DNA from: an uncultured SAR86 cluster bacterium | GTDB taxonomy: Bacteria; Pseudomonadota; Gammaproteobacteria; Magnimaribacterales; AG-339-G14 | DNA: 64,000 nt | Assembly: GCA_902614235.1 (NCBI GenBank) | Contig: CACMKG010000001.1 | Location: 212,401 to 276,400 of the forward strand | Reading direction: 5' to 3' | In this document: positions 52,767-62,666 of the stretch, piece after piece | How the letters are laid out: every line of letters starts with the position of its first letter | Numbering within the stretch: position 1 is the first letter of the stretch | The notes under the pieces: model-generated | Seen by the model: only the letters and a program-made list of their open reading frames with translations | Database searches by the model: none | Told to the model about the DNA's origin: nothing | Position numbers and translations under genes: made by a program

Positions 52767-54050
52767 ATGAAAATAAAAAAAGTTGATGCCTATGAAATTT
52801 TAGATTCCAGAGGAACTCCTACAGTTGCAGCCAGAGTTATCTTAGAAAATGATATGGAAGAATTTGGTTTGGTTCCGTCAGGCGCATCCACAGGATCAAA
52901 AGAAGCGGTTGAAAAAAGAGATGAAGGAGATAGCTTTGATGGCAAGGGCGTTCAAGGTGTTATAAAAGATGCTGAAAAATCATTTTTTCCAGAATTCATT
53001 GGCATGGATGTTGAAAATCAAATAGAAATCGATTCAAAAATTATCGAGTTAGACGGCACAACAAATAAAGCCAAGGTTGGGGCTAATATTACTTTGGCGC
53101 TCTCTTTAGCTGTTTGCAAAGCTGCTGCAGCAGCAGAAAAGAAAAAATTATATTTGTATATAAATTCATTATTCAAAAATTTTTTTGGGACCAATGTTCA
53201 AATGAAAATGCCTTTACCAATGATGAACATCTTAAACGGAGGTGCACATGCCAACAACGGTTTAGATTTTCAAGAGTTTATGATTCAACCAGTAGGGTTT
53301 TCATCATTCAAAAAAGGGTTAACTTGTGGAGTAGAAGTCTTTAACTCTTTGAAAAAAACTTTAAACAAAAAGAAATTTTCCACTGCTGTTGGTGACGAAG
53401 GCGGCTTTGCCCCTGAAATTAGCTCATCAGAAGAAGCTTTGAGTCTGATATCTGAAGCTATCTTAAGTTCAGGTTATAAAGTTGAGGATGAAGTTACTTT
53501 TGCCTTGGATTGCGCATCAACAGAAATTTTCGATGATGGAAGTTATATATTTTCAGATAATAAGAAATTATCTAGTGAAGAGCTGATTAATTATCTCAAA
53601 CAGCTTAGCAAGTCACACCCAATTACTTCAATAGAAGACGCATTAGATGAAAACGACTGGTTAGGATGGAGTCATCTAACAAAAGAAATGGGAAAGGAAA
53701 CTCAACTGGTAGGAGATGATTTATTTGTTACCAACAAAGATATATTTCAAGAAGGGATTCAACAGAATATAGCGAATTCAATTCTCATTAAAATAAATCA
53801 AATTGGAACTTTAACCGAGACTTTAGAAACAATAAATTTGGCTAAAAAGAACAACTATACAACTGTAATTTCCCATAGGTCGGGAGAAACCGAAGATAGT
53901 TTTATAGCAGACTTAGCAGTTGGTTCTGGAGCAGGACAAATAAAAACAGGAGCTCCTTCTAGATCAGACAGAACTTCTAAATATAATAGACTGTTAATGA
54001 TTGATGCTTGGGAAAACTTCGAATTTTTAGGAAGAAACGAATTGAATTAA
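52767..54050 (+). CDS. eno: Enolase
   Basis: Start set at the ATG at 52767 (MKIKKVDAYEILDSRGTPTV). Contains SHRSGETED. pyrG-kdsA-eno order. Confidence 0.96.
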   Translation: MKIKKVDAYEILDSRGTPTVAARVILENDMEEFGLVPSGASTGSKEAVEKRDEGDSFDGKGVQGVIKDAEKSFFPEFIGMDVENQIEIDSKIIELDGTTNKAKVGANITLALSLAVCKAAAAAEKKKLYLYINSLFKNFFGTNVQMKMPLPMMNILNGGAHANNGLDFQEFMIQPVGFSSFKKGLTCGVEVFNSLKKTLNKKKFSTAVGDEGGFAPEISSSEEALSLISEAILSSGYKVEDEVTFALDCASTEIFDDGSYIFSDNKKLSSEELINYLKQLSKSHPITSIEDALDENDWLGWSHLTKEMGKETQLVGDDLFVTNKDIFQEGIQQNIANSILIKINQIGTLTETLETINLAKKNNYTTVISHRSGETEDSFIADLAVGSGAGQIKTGAPSRSDRTSKYNRLLMIDAWENFEFLGRNELN

Positions 54051-54349
54051 TGATTCGAAACTTATTCAAAAACTTACCTTTTGGAATAATAATCTTATTA
54101 ATCATAGTTTTTATTTATTATATTTATGAAATCTTTTTCGGAATGTATAGTTTTAATGAGATAAAGAAATTAGAATCTAAAAAAGATATTATTTTAATAG
54201 AAAATAATTTACAGATTGAAAAAAATAAAAACTTAGAAAGTGAATTAGATAGTCTCACTCATGATGAAGATGCCTTGGAGGCTTATGCGAGACAAGAGTT
54301 GGGGCTTATAAAAGAAGGGGAAATCATAATAGAAATCGAAAATGATTGA
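54050..54349 (+). CDS. ftsB: Cell division protein FtsB
   Basis: Start set at the ATG at 54050 (TAATG overlap with the eno stop). One TM plus a coiled coil, and ALEAYARQELGLIKEGE. Lies between eno and ispD. Confidence 0.78.
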   Translation: MIRNLFKNLPFGIIILLIIVFIYYIYEIFFGMYSFNEIKKLESKKDIILIENNLQIEKNKNLESELDSLTHDEDALEAYARQELGLIKEGEIIIEIEND

Positions 54350-55055
54350 TGATTATTTGGCATTAATACCTGCAGCAGGAGTTGGAGCTAGAGCTCAGCT
54401 TAGTACGGCTAAACAGTTTCTGAAAATAGGGGAGAAAACAATTCTTGAGCATGCAATTGACCCTTTTATAAAGGATGAAAATTGCAAAAAAATATGTGTA
54501 GTTACTAATGAAGAAGACGACCTTTGGCCTTCTTTGGGTATTTCAGATCATGAAAAAATAACTTCTTGTTTTGGAGGTTCAACCAGAATGTACTCGGTTT
54601 TGGCTGGCTTGGAGCTACTAATTGATCAAGAGGATAAATCTAGTTTGGTTGCAATTCATGACGCTGCTAGACCTTGTTTGCAAATAGAAGATTTAAAAAC
54701 TTTAATGGAGTATGCAGACGAAGAAATTAAAGAAGACGGACAGGGTGCTTTTTTAGCATACCAGCCAAATGAAAGCATTAATCAAAGCAGTAAGGAAAAA
54801 ATTTCTAAAATTCTTGATCGAAACAATATTTGGCTGTCGGCCACTCCACAAGTTTTTATTCTAGAAGATGTATTCAAGGCATTAGGTGAAGCAGTAGATA
54901 ATGAAAAAACATACTACGATGAGGTGAGTGCAGTATATAGTTTTTATAAGAGTTCTATTAAACCCATTAATTCCAGTCGAATGAATCTAAAAGTTACTAA
55001 GAAAGAAGACATTGCTATTGCCGAATTATTTTTAAAATTGATGGGACGTCTGTGA
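54342..55055 (+). CDS. ispD: 2-C-methyl-D-erythritol 4-phosphate cytidylyltransferase
   Basis: 237 aa. N-terminal LIPAAGVGAR, plus VAIHDAARP. Confidence 0.88.
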   Translation: MIDDYLALIPAAGVGARAQLSTAKQFLKIGEKTILEHAIDPFIKDENCKKICVVTNEEDDLWPSLGISDHEKITSCFGGSTRMYSVLAGLELLIDQEDKSSLVAIHDAARPCLQIEDLKTLMEYADEEIKEDGQGAFLAYQPNESINQSSKEKISKILDRNNIWLSATPQVFILEDVFKALGEAVDNEKTYYDEVSAVYSFYKSSIKPINSSRMNLKVTKKEDIAIAELFLKLMGRL

Positions 55056-55534
55056 GTAATCTTCGAATCGGTTTTGGGTTCGATTCTCATCAAATTGAAA
55101 AAGGAGACTCAATGACGCTAGGCGGAGTTGAAATTTCTTGTGGCTATCAAATCATTGCTCATTCAGATGGCGATGTAGTAACGCATGCAATTTGCGATGC
55201 TTTGTTGGGCGCTGCTCACTTGGGAGATCTAGGTTCTTTTGTTCCTGATGATGATTCCACAAAAAACCTTTCTAGCTTGGTGATTTTAAAAAATATCATG
55301 ACGAAGATTGCTGATCTCAATATGGCAGTTATTAATATTGATTCTACTTTTGTTGGCAATATTCCTAGATTAGAACCACATAAAGTTAATATGGAGCATA
55401 AATTAGCTGAGGTTATTGGCATTGATTCGGACAATATATCTTGCAAAGCTACTACTACCGATGGCATGGGTCCGGAAGGAAGAAATGAGGGCATCTCAGC
55501 ATATGCAACTGTATTATTGGAAAAAATAAAATGA
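55052..55534 (+). CDS. ispF: 2-C-methyl-D-erythritol 2,4-cyclodiphosphate synthase
   Basis: 160 aa with a GTG start (GTGA overlap). Contains RIGFGFDSH and HSDGDV. Confidence 0.93.
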   Translation: MSNLRIGFGFDSHQIEKGDSMTLGGVEISCGYQIIAHSDGDVVTHAICDALLGAAHLGDLGSFVPDDDSTKNLSSLVILKNIMTKIADLNMAVINIDSTFVGNIPRLEPHKVNMEHKLAEVIGIDSDNISCKATTTDGMGPEGRNEGISAYATVLLEKIK

Positions 55535-56211
55535 AGATTTTATTAACCAATGATGACGGTTATGATCATCCAGGAATTAATACTTTATTTCAGGAATTAT
55601 CTAAACATCATGAAGTTTTCATGATGGCTCCGAATACCAACAAAAGTGGTTTTAGCAGCGCATTAACTTTTTTAACTCCCATTACAGAACAAAAAATAGA
55701 AGAAAATGTCTATAAAATTGACGGAACTCCAGTAGATTGCGTACGTCTGGCCCTAGAAGAATTTTGTCCTTTTGTTCCTGATTTAGTTGTTTCGGGGATA
55801 AATCCAGGACCAAATATAGGTCATTTGATGCTTTACTCTGGTACAGTTGGAGCTGCAATTCAAGGCCGAGACTTGAAGTATCCATCGATTGCAATTTCAG
55901 TTTCTTCTTTTGAAATTTCAGATTATTCGTTTGCGGCAAAAACGGTATTAAAGATTTTAGAAAATATTACTGATTTGAACTTATCAGAAAAATCTATTTT
56001 AAATGTGAATGTCCCTGATCATAATTTATTTAAACAACCGCAAATGAAAGTTACCAAAACTTTTATTGATGAAGAAGCTTCAAGTGATGATAAAATAGAG
56101 AACGATGTTAGCTCTTTAGAATCTGGGAATATTTCAATTTCACCAATAAAGATTTCAACTTTCGATGAAGCAAATCTAAAAGCTGTGGATACTTGGCTTG
56201 GAAAATTTTAA
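55531..56211 (+). CDS. surE: 5'/3'-nucleotidase SurE
   Basis: 226 aa. Contains MKILLTNDDG and SGINPGPN. Confidence 0.9.
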   Translation: MKILLTNDDGYDHPGINTLFQELSKHHEVFMMAPNTNKSGFSSALTFLTPITEQKIEENVYKIDGTPVDCVRLALEEFCPFVPDLVVSGINPGPNIGHLMLYSGTVGAAIQGRDLKYPSIAISVSSFEISDYSFAAKTVLKILENITDLNLSEKSILNVNVPDHNLFKQPQMKVTKTFIDEEASSDDKIENDVSSLESGNISISPIKISTFDEANLKAVDTWLGKF

Positions 56212-56887
56212 AACTAATTACAAAACAGAACTCACTTATGACCGAGCAAGAACTGCACTTGCGGAAACTTTAGCCTCTAAAGGAATTGCAGATGTAAGAG
56301 TTTTAGAAGCAATTCTCAAGACACCTAGACATTTATTTATTGACGGCGCTTTTTCTAGTCGAGCTTATGAAGATATGTCATTGCCCATTGGTTATCGACA
56401 AACTATCTCTCAACCTTATGTAGTAGCAAAAATGACGGAGATATTAATCAAAGGTAATATTTTGGAAAAAAAACCTTTAGGTACAGTCTTGGAAATAGGA
56501 ACAGGATGCGGTTATCAGGCAGCGGTCATTTCGAGATTTTGCCGTAAAGTGTTTTCGTTAGAAAGAATAAAGCCATTAGCTGAAAGAGCAGAAGAAAATC
56601 TAAAGAGGGCAGGAATAAAAAATTTTTTAATCAGATGGTCAGATGGCACTCTAGGTTGGCCCGTACCTAAAAAGTTTGATGCCATTATTTGCACGGCAGC
56701 AATCCCGGAAATACCAGCAACTTTAAAAACACAATTAAATATTGGTGGTAAATTAATCTGTCCCTGTGGGGATCAAAATAAACAAAGTTTAGTTTTCTTA
56801 GAAAAATTGGCTAAAGATAATTATAAGGAAACCATCCATGATTCTGTTTTGTTTGTGCCGATGTTGAGTGGAAAAATACAGGATTAA
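56198..56887 (+). CDS. pcm: Protein-L-isoaspartate O-methyltransferase
   Basis: 229 aa with a TTG start. Contains ISQPYVVA and LEIGTGCGYQAAV. Follows surE. Confidence 0.9.
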   Translation: MENFKTNYKTELTYDRARTALAETLASKGIADVRVLEAILKTPRHLFIDGAFSSRAYEDMSLPIGYRQTISQPYVVAKMTEILIKGNILEKKPLGTVLEIGTGCGYQAAVISRFCRKVFSLERIKPLAERAEENLKRAGIKNFLIRWSDGTLGWPVPKKFDAIICTAAIPEIPATLKTQLNIGGKLICPCGDQNKQSLVFLEKLAKDNYKETIHDSVLFVPMLSGKIQD

Positions 56888-56896
56888 TAAATCACA

Positions 56897-57328
56897 TTAT
56901 TCAATTTTTGGTTTTTCTTCATCAGACATGTCAGATGGTTGAATAGTGTGGAGTAAAGTAGCCGCTAACTTATTATCGGCATTAAATAACTTACCTTCAA
57001 CAGTAGCAAGTTTTTGACCAAGTTTAATAATTTTAACTTCAATCACTGCCTCACCAACTGCAACCGGTCTATGAAACAAGACATGAAGATCTGTCGAAAG
57101 AGGGCCCTTTTTAAATTCGTATGCAGAAATGATCACCATAGCAGTAGCATCATCCATAGCAGCAGCGATCATACCGCCTTGCACCATATTCATAGGATTT
57201 GTGGACTCAGGTGGAAAAGTTACTTTAATTTTAAAGGTATCATCAATTTTTTCTAAAAACTCAAGATTAAAGAATTTTGCCGTATTACCTGGTTTATGTT
57301 GATTCAACCAGTCTAATGATATATCCAT
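56897..57328 (-). CDS. PaaI/YbdB-type hot-dog thioesterase
   Basis: 143 aa. NPMNMVQGGMIAAAMDDA is typical of the 4HBT/PaaI thioesterase family. Confidence 0.7.
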   Translation of the reverse strand: MDISLDWLNQHKPGNTAKFFNLEFLEKIDDTFKIKVTFPPESTNPMNMVQGGMIAAAMDDATAMVIISAYEFKKGPLSTDLHVLFHRPVAVGEAVIEVKIIKLGQKLATVEGKLFNADNKLAATLLHTIQPSDMSDEEKPKIE

Positions 57329-57346
57329 GATTCTCTCCTTGAATTA

Positions 57347-57673
57347 CTACTCTAGAATTAAAGCATCTATTTTATTGGGAATGTCTTTCCATTTTTCATG
57401 ATCAGGTAAAGGTGCTTTTGCTTCTGTAATATTTGGCCAAATCTTGGAGTATTTTTCGTTGATTTCAATGAAATCTATTTCATCAGCAGGCACTTCGTCT
57501 TCAGCATAAATTGCATTAACTGGGCACTCGGGTTCGCATAAACCACAATCAATGCATTCTTCAGGATCTATTACTAGGGTATTTTCACCTTCGTAAAAAC
57601 AATCTACAGGACATACTTCTACGCAATCCGTGTGCTTACAATTGATACAAGCAGAGCCAACAATAAAGGTCAT
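57347..57673 (-). CDS. fdxA: 7Fe ferredoxin (Azotobacter/Pseudomonas FdxA type)
   Basis: Start set at the internal ATG at 57673 ([29 protein letters not shown]). Second cluster motif [12 protein letters not shown]. Confidence 0.9.
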   Translation of the reverse strand: MTFIVGSACINCKHTDCVEVCPVDCFYEGENTLVIDPEECIDCGLCEPECPVNAIYAEDEVPADEIDFIEINEKYSKIWPNITEAKAPLPDHEKWKDIPNKIDALILE

Positions 57674-57693
57674 AGATGAATTATAATTTATAT

Positions 57694-58197
57694 ATGACTG
57701 AAACAACGACCGATTTATATTCTTTATTGGAATATCTAGGGAATTTTTTGTCAGAAAGAAATCAAACTATAAGTACGGCTGAATCATGTACTGGCGGATG
57801 GCTTGGAAAAGAAATTACTGGAATTCCAGGAAGTTCAAAGTGGTTTGGTACGGGTTTAATAACCTATTCAAATAGCGCTAAAGTCAAAATATTAGGTGTA
57901 AACAAAGAAACTCTTTTAAAAGAAGGCGCTGTCTCAGAATCAGTAGTTAGGGAAATGGTTATTGGGGCCATGCAACTTGGCAAAGCAGAATATGGAATAG
58001 CTATTAGTGGAGTAGCTGGTCCTGGAGGAGGCTCTAAGGAGAGACCTGTCGGAACAGTTTGTTTTGCTCTAGGAAGTTCAAAAAAAATTATTACTAGCAC
58101 GATGCATTTTGAAGGTGAAAGAGACGACGTAAGAAATCAGAGCATTCTTTACGCTTTCACTGAAATAAATAATTTTTTAAAAACATTGCAAAATTAA
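57694..58197 (+). CDS. pncC: Nicotinamide-nucleotide amidase PncC (CinA C-terminal domain type)
   Basis: Start set at the ATG at 57694 (MTETT.., compare E. coli MTDSEL..). Contains TAESCTGGW and [19 protein letters not shown]. Directly upstream of recA. Confidence 0.85.
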   Translation: MTETTTDLYSLLEYLGNFLSERNQTISTAESCTGGWLGKEITGIPGSSKWFGTGLITYSNSAKVKILGVNKETLLKEGAVSESVVREMVIGAMQLGKAEYGIAISGVAGPGGGSKERPVGTVCFALGSSKKIITSTMHFEGERDDVRNQSILYAFTEINNFLKTLQN

Positions 58198-58214
58198 TTT
58201 AGATATTGTTAAAT
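58186..58214 (+). promoter_or_regulatory. Candidate sigma-70 promoter of recA
   Basis: TTGCAA (58186-58191), a 17-nt spacer, then TTAAAT (58209-58214). The SOS box starts at the end of the -10 element. In AT-rich DNA such matches can arise by chance. Confidence 0.3.
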
Positions 58215-58233
58215 ACTGTATAAACATACAGTA
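58214..58233 (+). promoter_or_regulatory. LexA SOS box
   Basis: TACTGTATAAACATACAGTA is a perfect CTGT-N8-ACAG palindrome. It lies 10 nt upstream of the recA ATG. Confidence 0.88.
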
Positions 58234-58242
58234 ATTAATATT

Positions 58243-59328
58243 ATGGCTACAAAAAACACTAAAAACACAAAAAACGAGGACTTATCAACCGATAAGAATA
58301 AGAATTTAGCATCTGCTATTACCCAAATTGAGAGCCAATTTGGTACTGGAACCATCATGAGGATGGGCGACAAGAAAGTAGAAGATGTTCCTAGTATATC
58401 TACAGGATCGCTAGGTTTAGATTTGGCGCTTGGCGTAATGGGTTTACCAAGAGGAAGAGTAGTAGAGATATTTGGTCCCGAGTCATCTGGAAAAACTACC
58501 TTAACTCTTCAAGTTATAGCTGAGTGCCAAAAACAAGGTGGAACAGCAGCATTTATTGATGCAGAGCATGCTTTAGATCCAATTTATGCCGAAAAACTAG
58601 GAGTAAAAGTAGATGATCTTTTACTTTCTCAACCAGATAACGGAGAACAGGCTTTAGAAGTTGCTGACATCATGGTCAAGTCTGGGGGAGTAGATGTTTT
58701 AGTTATAGATTCAGTTGCTGCTTTGACTCCACGAGCCGAAATAGAAGGAGAAATGGGTGATCATCATGTTGGGCTACAGGCAAGATTAATGTCTCAAGCA
58801 TTAAGAAAAATAACCGGAAACATCAAAAGATCAAACACCACTGTAATTTTTATCAATCAAATAAGAATGAAAATTGGAGTAATGTTTGGGAATCCAGAAA
58901 CAACCTCTGGTGGAAACGCTCTGAAGTTCTATTCTTCTGTAAGACTAGATATAAGAAGAATTGGCACAGTAAAGGATGGTGATGAAGTTGCTGGAAATGA
59001 AACAAGAGTAAAAGTTGTTAAAAATAAAGTTGCGCCACCATTTAGGCAAGCAGAGTTCCAAATTCTTTATGGCAAAGGTATTAACAAAGCAGGAGAATTA
59101 TTGGACATTGGAGCTGAACACAAGATAGTTGAAAAAGCAGGAGCTTGGTACTCGTATGAAGGTGAAAAAATAGGACAGGGCAAAACTAATGCCGGAGAGT
59201 TCTTAAAACAAAATCAAAAAATAATGCAGGAAATAGAAAATAAAATATATGCTGCAATTAAAGAAAAAGAACTACCAAAAGAAGAAGAATTACCTGATGC
59301 GGAAAATCTAACTGAAGAGGGCGAATAA
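58243..59328 (+). CDS. recA: Recombinase RecA
   Basis: 361 aa. Walker [10 protein letters not shown], plus VIDSVAAL and [28 protein letters not shown]. Confidence 0.98.
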   Translation: MATKNTKNTKNEDLSTDKNKNLASAITQIESQFGTGTIMRMGDKKVEDVPSISTGSLGLDLALGVMGLPRGRVVEIFGPESSGKTTLTLQVIAECQKQGGTAAFIDAEHALDPIYAEKLGVKVDDLLLSQPDNGEQALEVADIMVKSGGVDVLVIDSVAALTPRAEIEGEMGDHHVGLQARLMSQALRKITGNIKRSNTTVIFINQIRMKIGVMFGNPETTSGGNALKFYSSVRLDIRRIGTVKDGDEVAGNETRVKVVKNKVAPPFRQAEFQILYGKGINKAGELLDIGAEHKIVEKAGAWYSYEGEKIGQGKTNAGEFLKQNQKIMQEIENKIYAAIKEKELPKEEELPDAENLTEEGE

Positions 59329-60567
59329 CTCTTCTTGAGTAAGTAATTTTTTTGACAAGTCTTTTCTAGAAACAAGTTCGTAATTATTAGACTCAATACT
59401 ATTTTTGCTTACAATTACTTGAAAGGGTACACCGATCAACTCTGCATCTGAGAATTTTACTCCTGGAGAACAGTCCCTATCATCAAGCAGAACATCATTG
59501 CCTGAATCATTTAACTTTTCATAAAGATGATTTGCTTTTAGGTTGATTCTTTCATCATTTTTTTGGTTGATTAATACAATAATCAAGTCAAAAGGTGAAA
59601 GAGCTTTATTAAAAATAATTCCTTTATCATCATGATTTTGCTCAATTGAAGCCGCAATAATTCTTGATACTCCAATTCCGTAACAGCCCATTTCTAAATA
59701 CTTTATTTCATCTTTATCTTGTACTTTAAGATTCATAGACTTGCTATATTTACTTCCTAATTGAAATATATGTCCTACTTCAATACCTCTTTTTACAGCT
59801 AATTTCCCCTTTCCATCAGGACTATCCATTCCAGGTATTTTTTCTACATCATCTTGATCAATTAGTTCTACATTACAGGCGAAGTCACTCTTGTCACTAA
59901 ATGCTAAGAGATCCTCTCCAGAGTCAGCCAAGACATGAAACTCTTCTGATGAGCTTCCTCCAATAGAGCCTGAGTCTGCATTGACAACTCTATAATCAAG
60001 ATTCAATTTCTCAAAAATTTTGATATAAATTTCTTTAATTTTAGAATAGGTATCTCGCATTGATTGTTCGTCTAGATCAAAAGAGTATGCATCTTTCATA
60101 AGAAATTCCCTTGCTCTCATTACACCAAATCTAGGCCTGATTTCATCTCTAAACTTTGGTTGTATTTGATAAAGTGTTAAAGGTAGATCTTTAGGACTAT
60201 TAATTTCTTTTCTTGCTAAATCAGTTACAACTTCTTCATGAGTTGGTCCCAAATAAAAGTCTCTATCTCCTCTATCTTTAAAACCTAATAACTCAGGTCC
60301 ATATTCATCTGATCGTCCAGTTTCATCCCATAAACTTTTAGGTTGAACCATAGGCATATAAATTTCTAAACATCCACCTTTGTTCATTTCTTCTCTTATA
60401 ATGTTTTCAATTTTTCTTAAGATCTTGAGTCCAAGGGGCAACCAGCTATAAATTCCAGAGGCAAGAGGCTTAATCATGCCAGCTCTGATCATCAATTTAT
60501 GACTGACTAATTCTGTATCGCTAGGAGCATCCTTAAGGGTTTTATAGTGATATGAAGAGGCTTTCAT
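59308..60567 (-). CDS. proS: Prolyl-tRNA synthetase, bacterial type, lacking the INS editing domain
   Basis: 419 aa. The N-terminal 230 aa and C-terminal 170 aa align closely with E. coli ProRS (572 aa, from memory). Motif 2 is [17 protein letters not shown] and motif 3 is [13 protein letters not shown]. Only about 25 aa link ..CNVEL to ..[23 protein letters not shown]. Confidence 0.9.
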   Translation of the reverse strand: MKASSYHYKTLKDAPSDTELVSHKLMIRAGMIKPLASGIYSWLPLGLKILRKIENIIREEMNKGGCLEIYMPMVQPKSLWDETGRSDEYGPELLGFKDRGDRDFYLGPTHEEVVTDLARKEINSPKDLPLTLYQIQPKFRDEIRPRFGVMRAREFLMKDAYSFDLDEQSMRDTYSKIKEIYIKIFEKLNLDYRVVNADSGSIGGSSSEEFHVLADSGEDLLAFSDKSDFACNVELIDQDDVEKIPGMDSPDGKGKLAVKRGIEVGHIFQLGSKYSKSMNLKVQDKDEIKYLEMGCYGIGVSRIIAASIEQNHDDKGIIFNKALSPFDLIIVLINQKNDERINLKANHLYEKLNDSGNDVLLDDRDCSPGVKFSDAELIGVPFQVIVSKNSIESNNYELVSRKDLSKKLLTQEELFALFS

Positions 60568-60631
60568 ATTAAAATGAGTATTCTTGATTAAAATGAAATT
60601 ATACTTTTTTTTGACTTATAAAGGTTAGTAA

Positions 60632-60901
60632 ATGCCGATATACGAATTTCAATGTAATAAGTGTGGAAAAAGATTTGAAAAAATTCTCAGTCTTTCTGAA
60701 TCCTTGAAAAATATTGATTGTAATTGTCCTGAAAAAGCTTCATCAAAGAAAGTTGTTTCTGCTCCTTCTTTTCGATTAGGAGGAAAAGGCTGGTATGAAA
60801 CAGACTTTAAAACAGGTAGTAAGAAAAATTTAGTACAATCAGATAAGAAAGATAAGAAAACTACCGAAACTTCCAAGAAAAAAGAAAATAAAGAAAAATG
60901 A
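60632..60901 (+). CDS. FmdB-family zinc-ribbon protein with lysine-rich tail
   Basis: 89 aa. MPIYEFQCNKCGKRFE is the family signature. The second knuckle is degenerate (CNC). ATGA overlap with aspS. Confidence 0.78.
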   Translation: MPIYEFQCNKCGKRFEKILSLSESLKNIDCNCPEKASSKKVVSAPSFRLGGKGWYETDFKTGSKKNLVQSDKKDKKTTETSKKKENKEK

Positions 60902-62664
60902 GCCTGATAAAAATATCATCCTTGAGTAAAAAAAACTTAGGGAAAAAAATATCTGTTTCTGGATGGGTTGAAAATATAAGAGATCATGGAGGCGTTATTT
61001 TTATTGATCTTCGAGAAGGCAACGAAATTCTTCAAGTTGTAGTTGAGCCTCAAAATAAAGAAATATTTGAAGTAGCAGAATCCATAAGAGATGAATTTGT
61101 TATTTCTGTATCTGGCGAGATAAATGAAAGGCCAAAGGGCACTCTTAACAAAAAAATGATAACGGGAGAAATCGAATTAAATTCATCCAATTTATCTATT
61201 TTGTCCAAAAGTAAACCCATGCCATTTCAATTAGACGAATATGTGAAAGTTGGGGAAGAAACTAGACTTAAGTATAGATATCTTGATTTAAGAAGATCAG
61301 AGATGCAGGAAACCATAAGAATTAGATCAAACGTTTCAAGTGAAATAAGGCAGTTCTTAATATCTAATGATTTTCTAGATATAGAAACGCCAATGATGAC
61401 TAAGGCAACACCAGAGGGCGCTAGGGATTTTGTGATTCCTAGTAGAGTCAATCAAGGTAGTTTTTACGCATTACCTCAGTCGCCACAACTTTTTAAACAA
61501 TTATTGATGATTAGTGGATTCGGTAAATATTTTCAAATAGTTAGATGTTTTAGGGACGAAGATACAAGAAAAGATAGACAACCTGAATTTACTCAAATAG
61601 ATATCGAATCATCTTTTACTTCAGCTGAAGAAATAATGAATCTTGGAGAAAATTTAATAAAAGAAGTGTTTAAAAAGATTTTGGACTTAGAGTTAAAAGA
61701 TTTTCCTGTTATGACTTATTCTGAGGCTATAAAAAAGTTTGGCTCTGACAAACCTGATCTAAGAAACCCTCTCGAATTGATTGATGTTAAAGATATATTT
61801 ACTGATTCTGAGTTTAAAGTTTTTGGTGATCCTGCCAAAGATGCAAAATCACGTTTGGTCGCTTTGAAAATTTCAAATTCTCTAGCTAGAAGTCAGATCG
61901 ATGATTACACGAAATTTGTAGGGAATTATGGAGCTAAAGGCTTGGCCTACATAAAGGTGAATGATGCGAATGATTTGAAAGAAGGGTTACAATCTCCGAT
62001 CCTTAAATTTTTATCCGAAAATGAAATAGAGAGCCTTTCTAAAAAGCTTGATATTTCATCAGGAGATACGGTTTTTTTTGGCGCTGGGCATAAAAAAATA
62101 GTTAATGAATCTATGGGCGCATTAAGAGAAAAGCTAGGTGAAGATCTTAAATTGATCGATAAAGAAAAGTGGGCGCCTCTTTGGATTAAAGATTTTCCAG
62201 TTTTTGATGAAGCTGAAGATGGATCACTTTCTCCAAGTCATCATCCCTTTACAAGGACTTCTGATGATTTAGAAATGCTGAAAAAAAATCCAGTGATGGC
62301 AATAGCAGATGCCTATGATCTTGTTCTGAATGGATATGAAATAGGTGGTGGCTCAATGCGTATACATAATTCAGAGGAACAGAGAAAAGTTCTATCCATT
62401 TTAGGGATCTCAGAAGAAGAAGCAGAAGAAAAATTTGGTTTTTTTCTTGAGGCTTTAGATTATGGCTGCCCACCGCATGGAGGGATAGCATTTGGGCTAG
62501 ATAGATTGGTGATGTTGATCTGCAATAAAGACTCTATTAGAGATGTTATTGCCTTTCCAAAAACACAATCTGCATATTGTCTTATGACTGATGCCCCAAG
62601 TAATATTTCTGATGACGAGCTTAAAGAATTAGCAATTAAAAGTACCATACAACCTAAGGATTAA
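60898..62664 (+). CDS. aspS: Aspartyl-tRNA synthetase (possibly non-discriminating, given gatCAB)
   Basis: 588 aa. Contains FRDEDTRKDRQPEFTQID, GGGSMRIH and GLDRLVM. Confidence 0.95.
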   Translation: MSLIKISSLSKKNLGKKISVSGWVENIRDHGGVIFIDLREGNEILQVVVEPQNKEIFEVAESIRDEFVISVSGEINERPKGTLNKKMITGEIELNSSNLSILSKSKPMPFQLDEYVKVGEETRLKYRYLDLRRSEMQETIRIRSNVSSEIRQFLISNDFLDIETPMMTKATPEGARDFVIPSRVNQGSFYALPQSPQLFKQLLMISGFGKYFQIVRCFRDEDTRKDRQPEFTQIDIESSFTSAEEIMNLGENLIKEVFKKILDLELKDFPVMTYSEAIKKFGSDKPDLRNPLELIDVKDIFTDSEFKVFGDPAKDAKSRLVALKISNSLARSQIDDYTKFVGNYGAKGLAYIKVNDANDLKEGLQSPILKFLSENEIESLSKKLDISSGDTVFFGAGHKKIVNESMGALREKLGEDLKLIDKEKWAPLWIKDFPVFDEAEDGSLSPSHHPFTRTSDDLEMLKKNPVMAIADAYDLVLNGYEIGGGSMRIHNSEEQRKVLSILGISEEEAEEKFGFFLEALDYGCPPHGGIAFGLDRLVMLICNKDSIRDVIAFPKTQSAYCLMTDAPSNISDDELKELAIKSTIQPKD

Positions 62665-62666
62665 AT

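Noticed and set aside
57674-57706. Long ORF-track starts for fdxA (57706) and pncC (57676), which would make the two genes overlap head to head
   Set aside because: Homologs start at MTFIV.. (ferredoxin) and MT(E/D).. (PncC). The extensions add residues with no homology.
58249-58275. Tandem 9-nt repeat (ACN AAA AAC)x3 encoding TKNTKNTKN at the recA N-terminus
   Set aside because: This is a short low-complexity extension ahead of the conserved RecA core. It is most simply slippage in an A-rich tract, and I see no evidence of function or phase variation.
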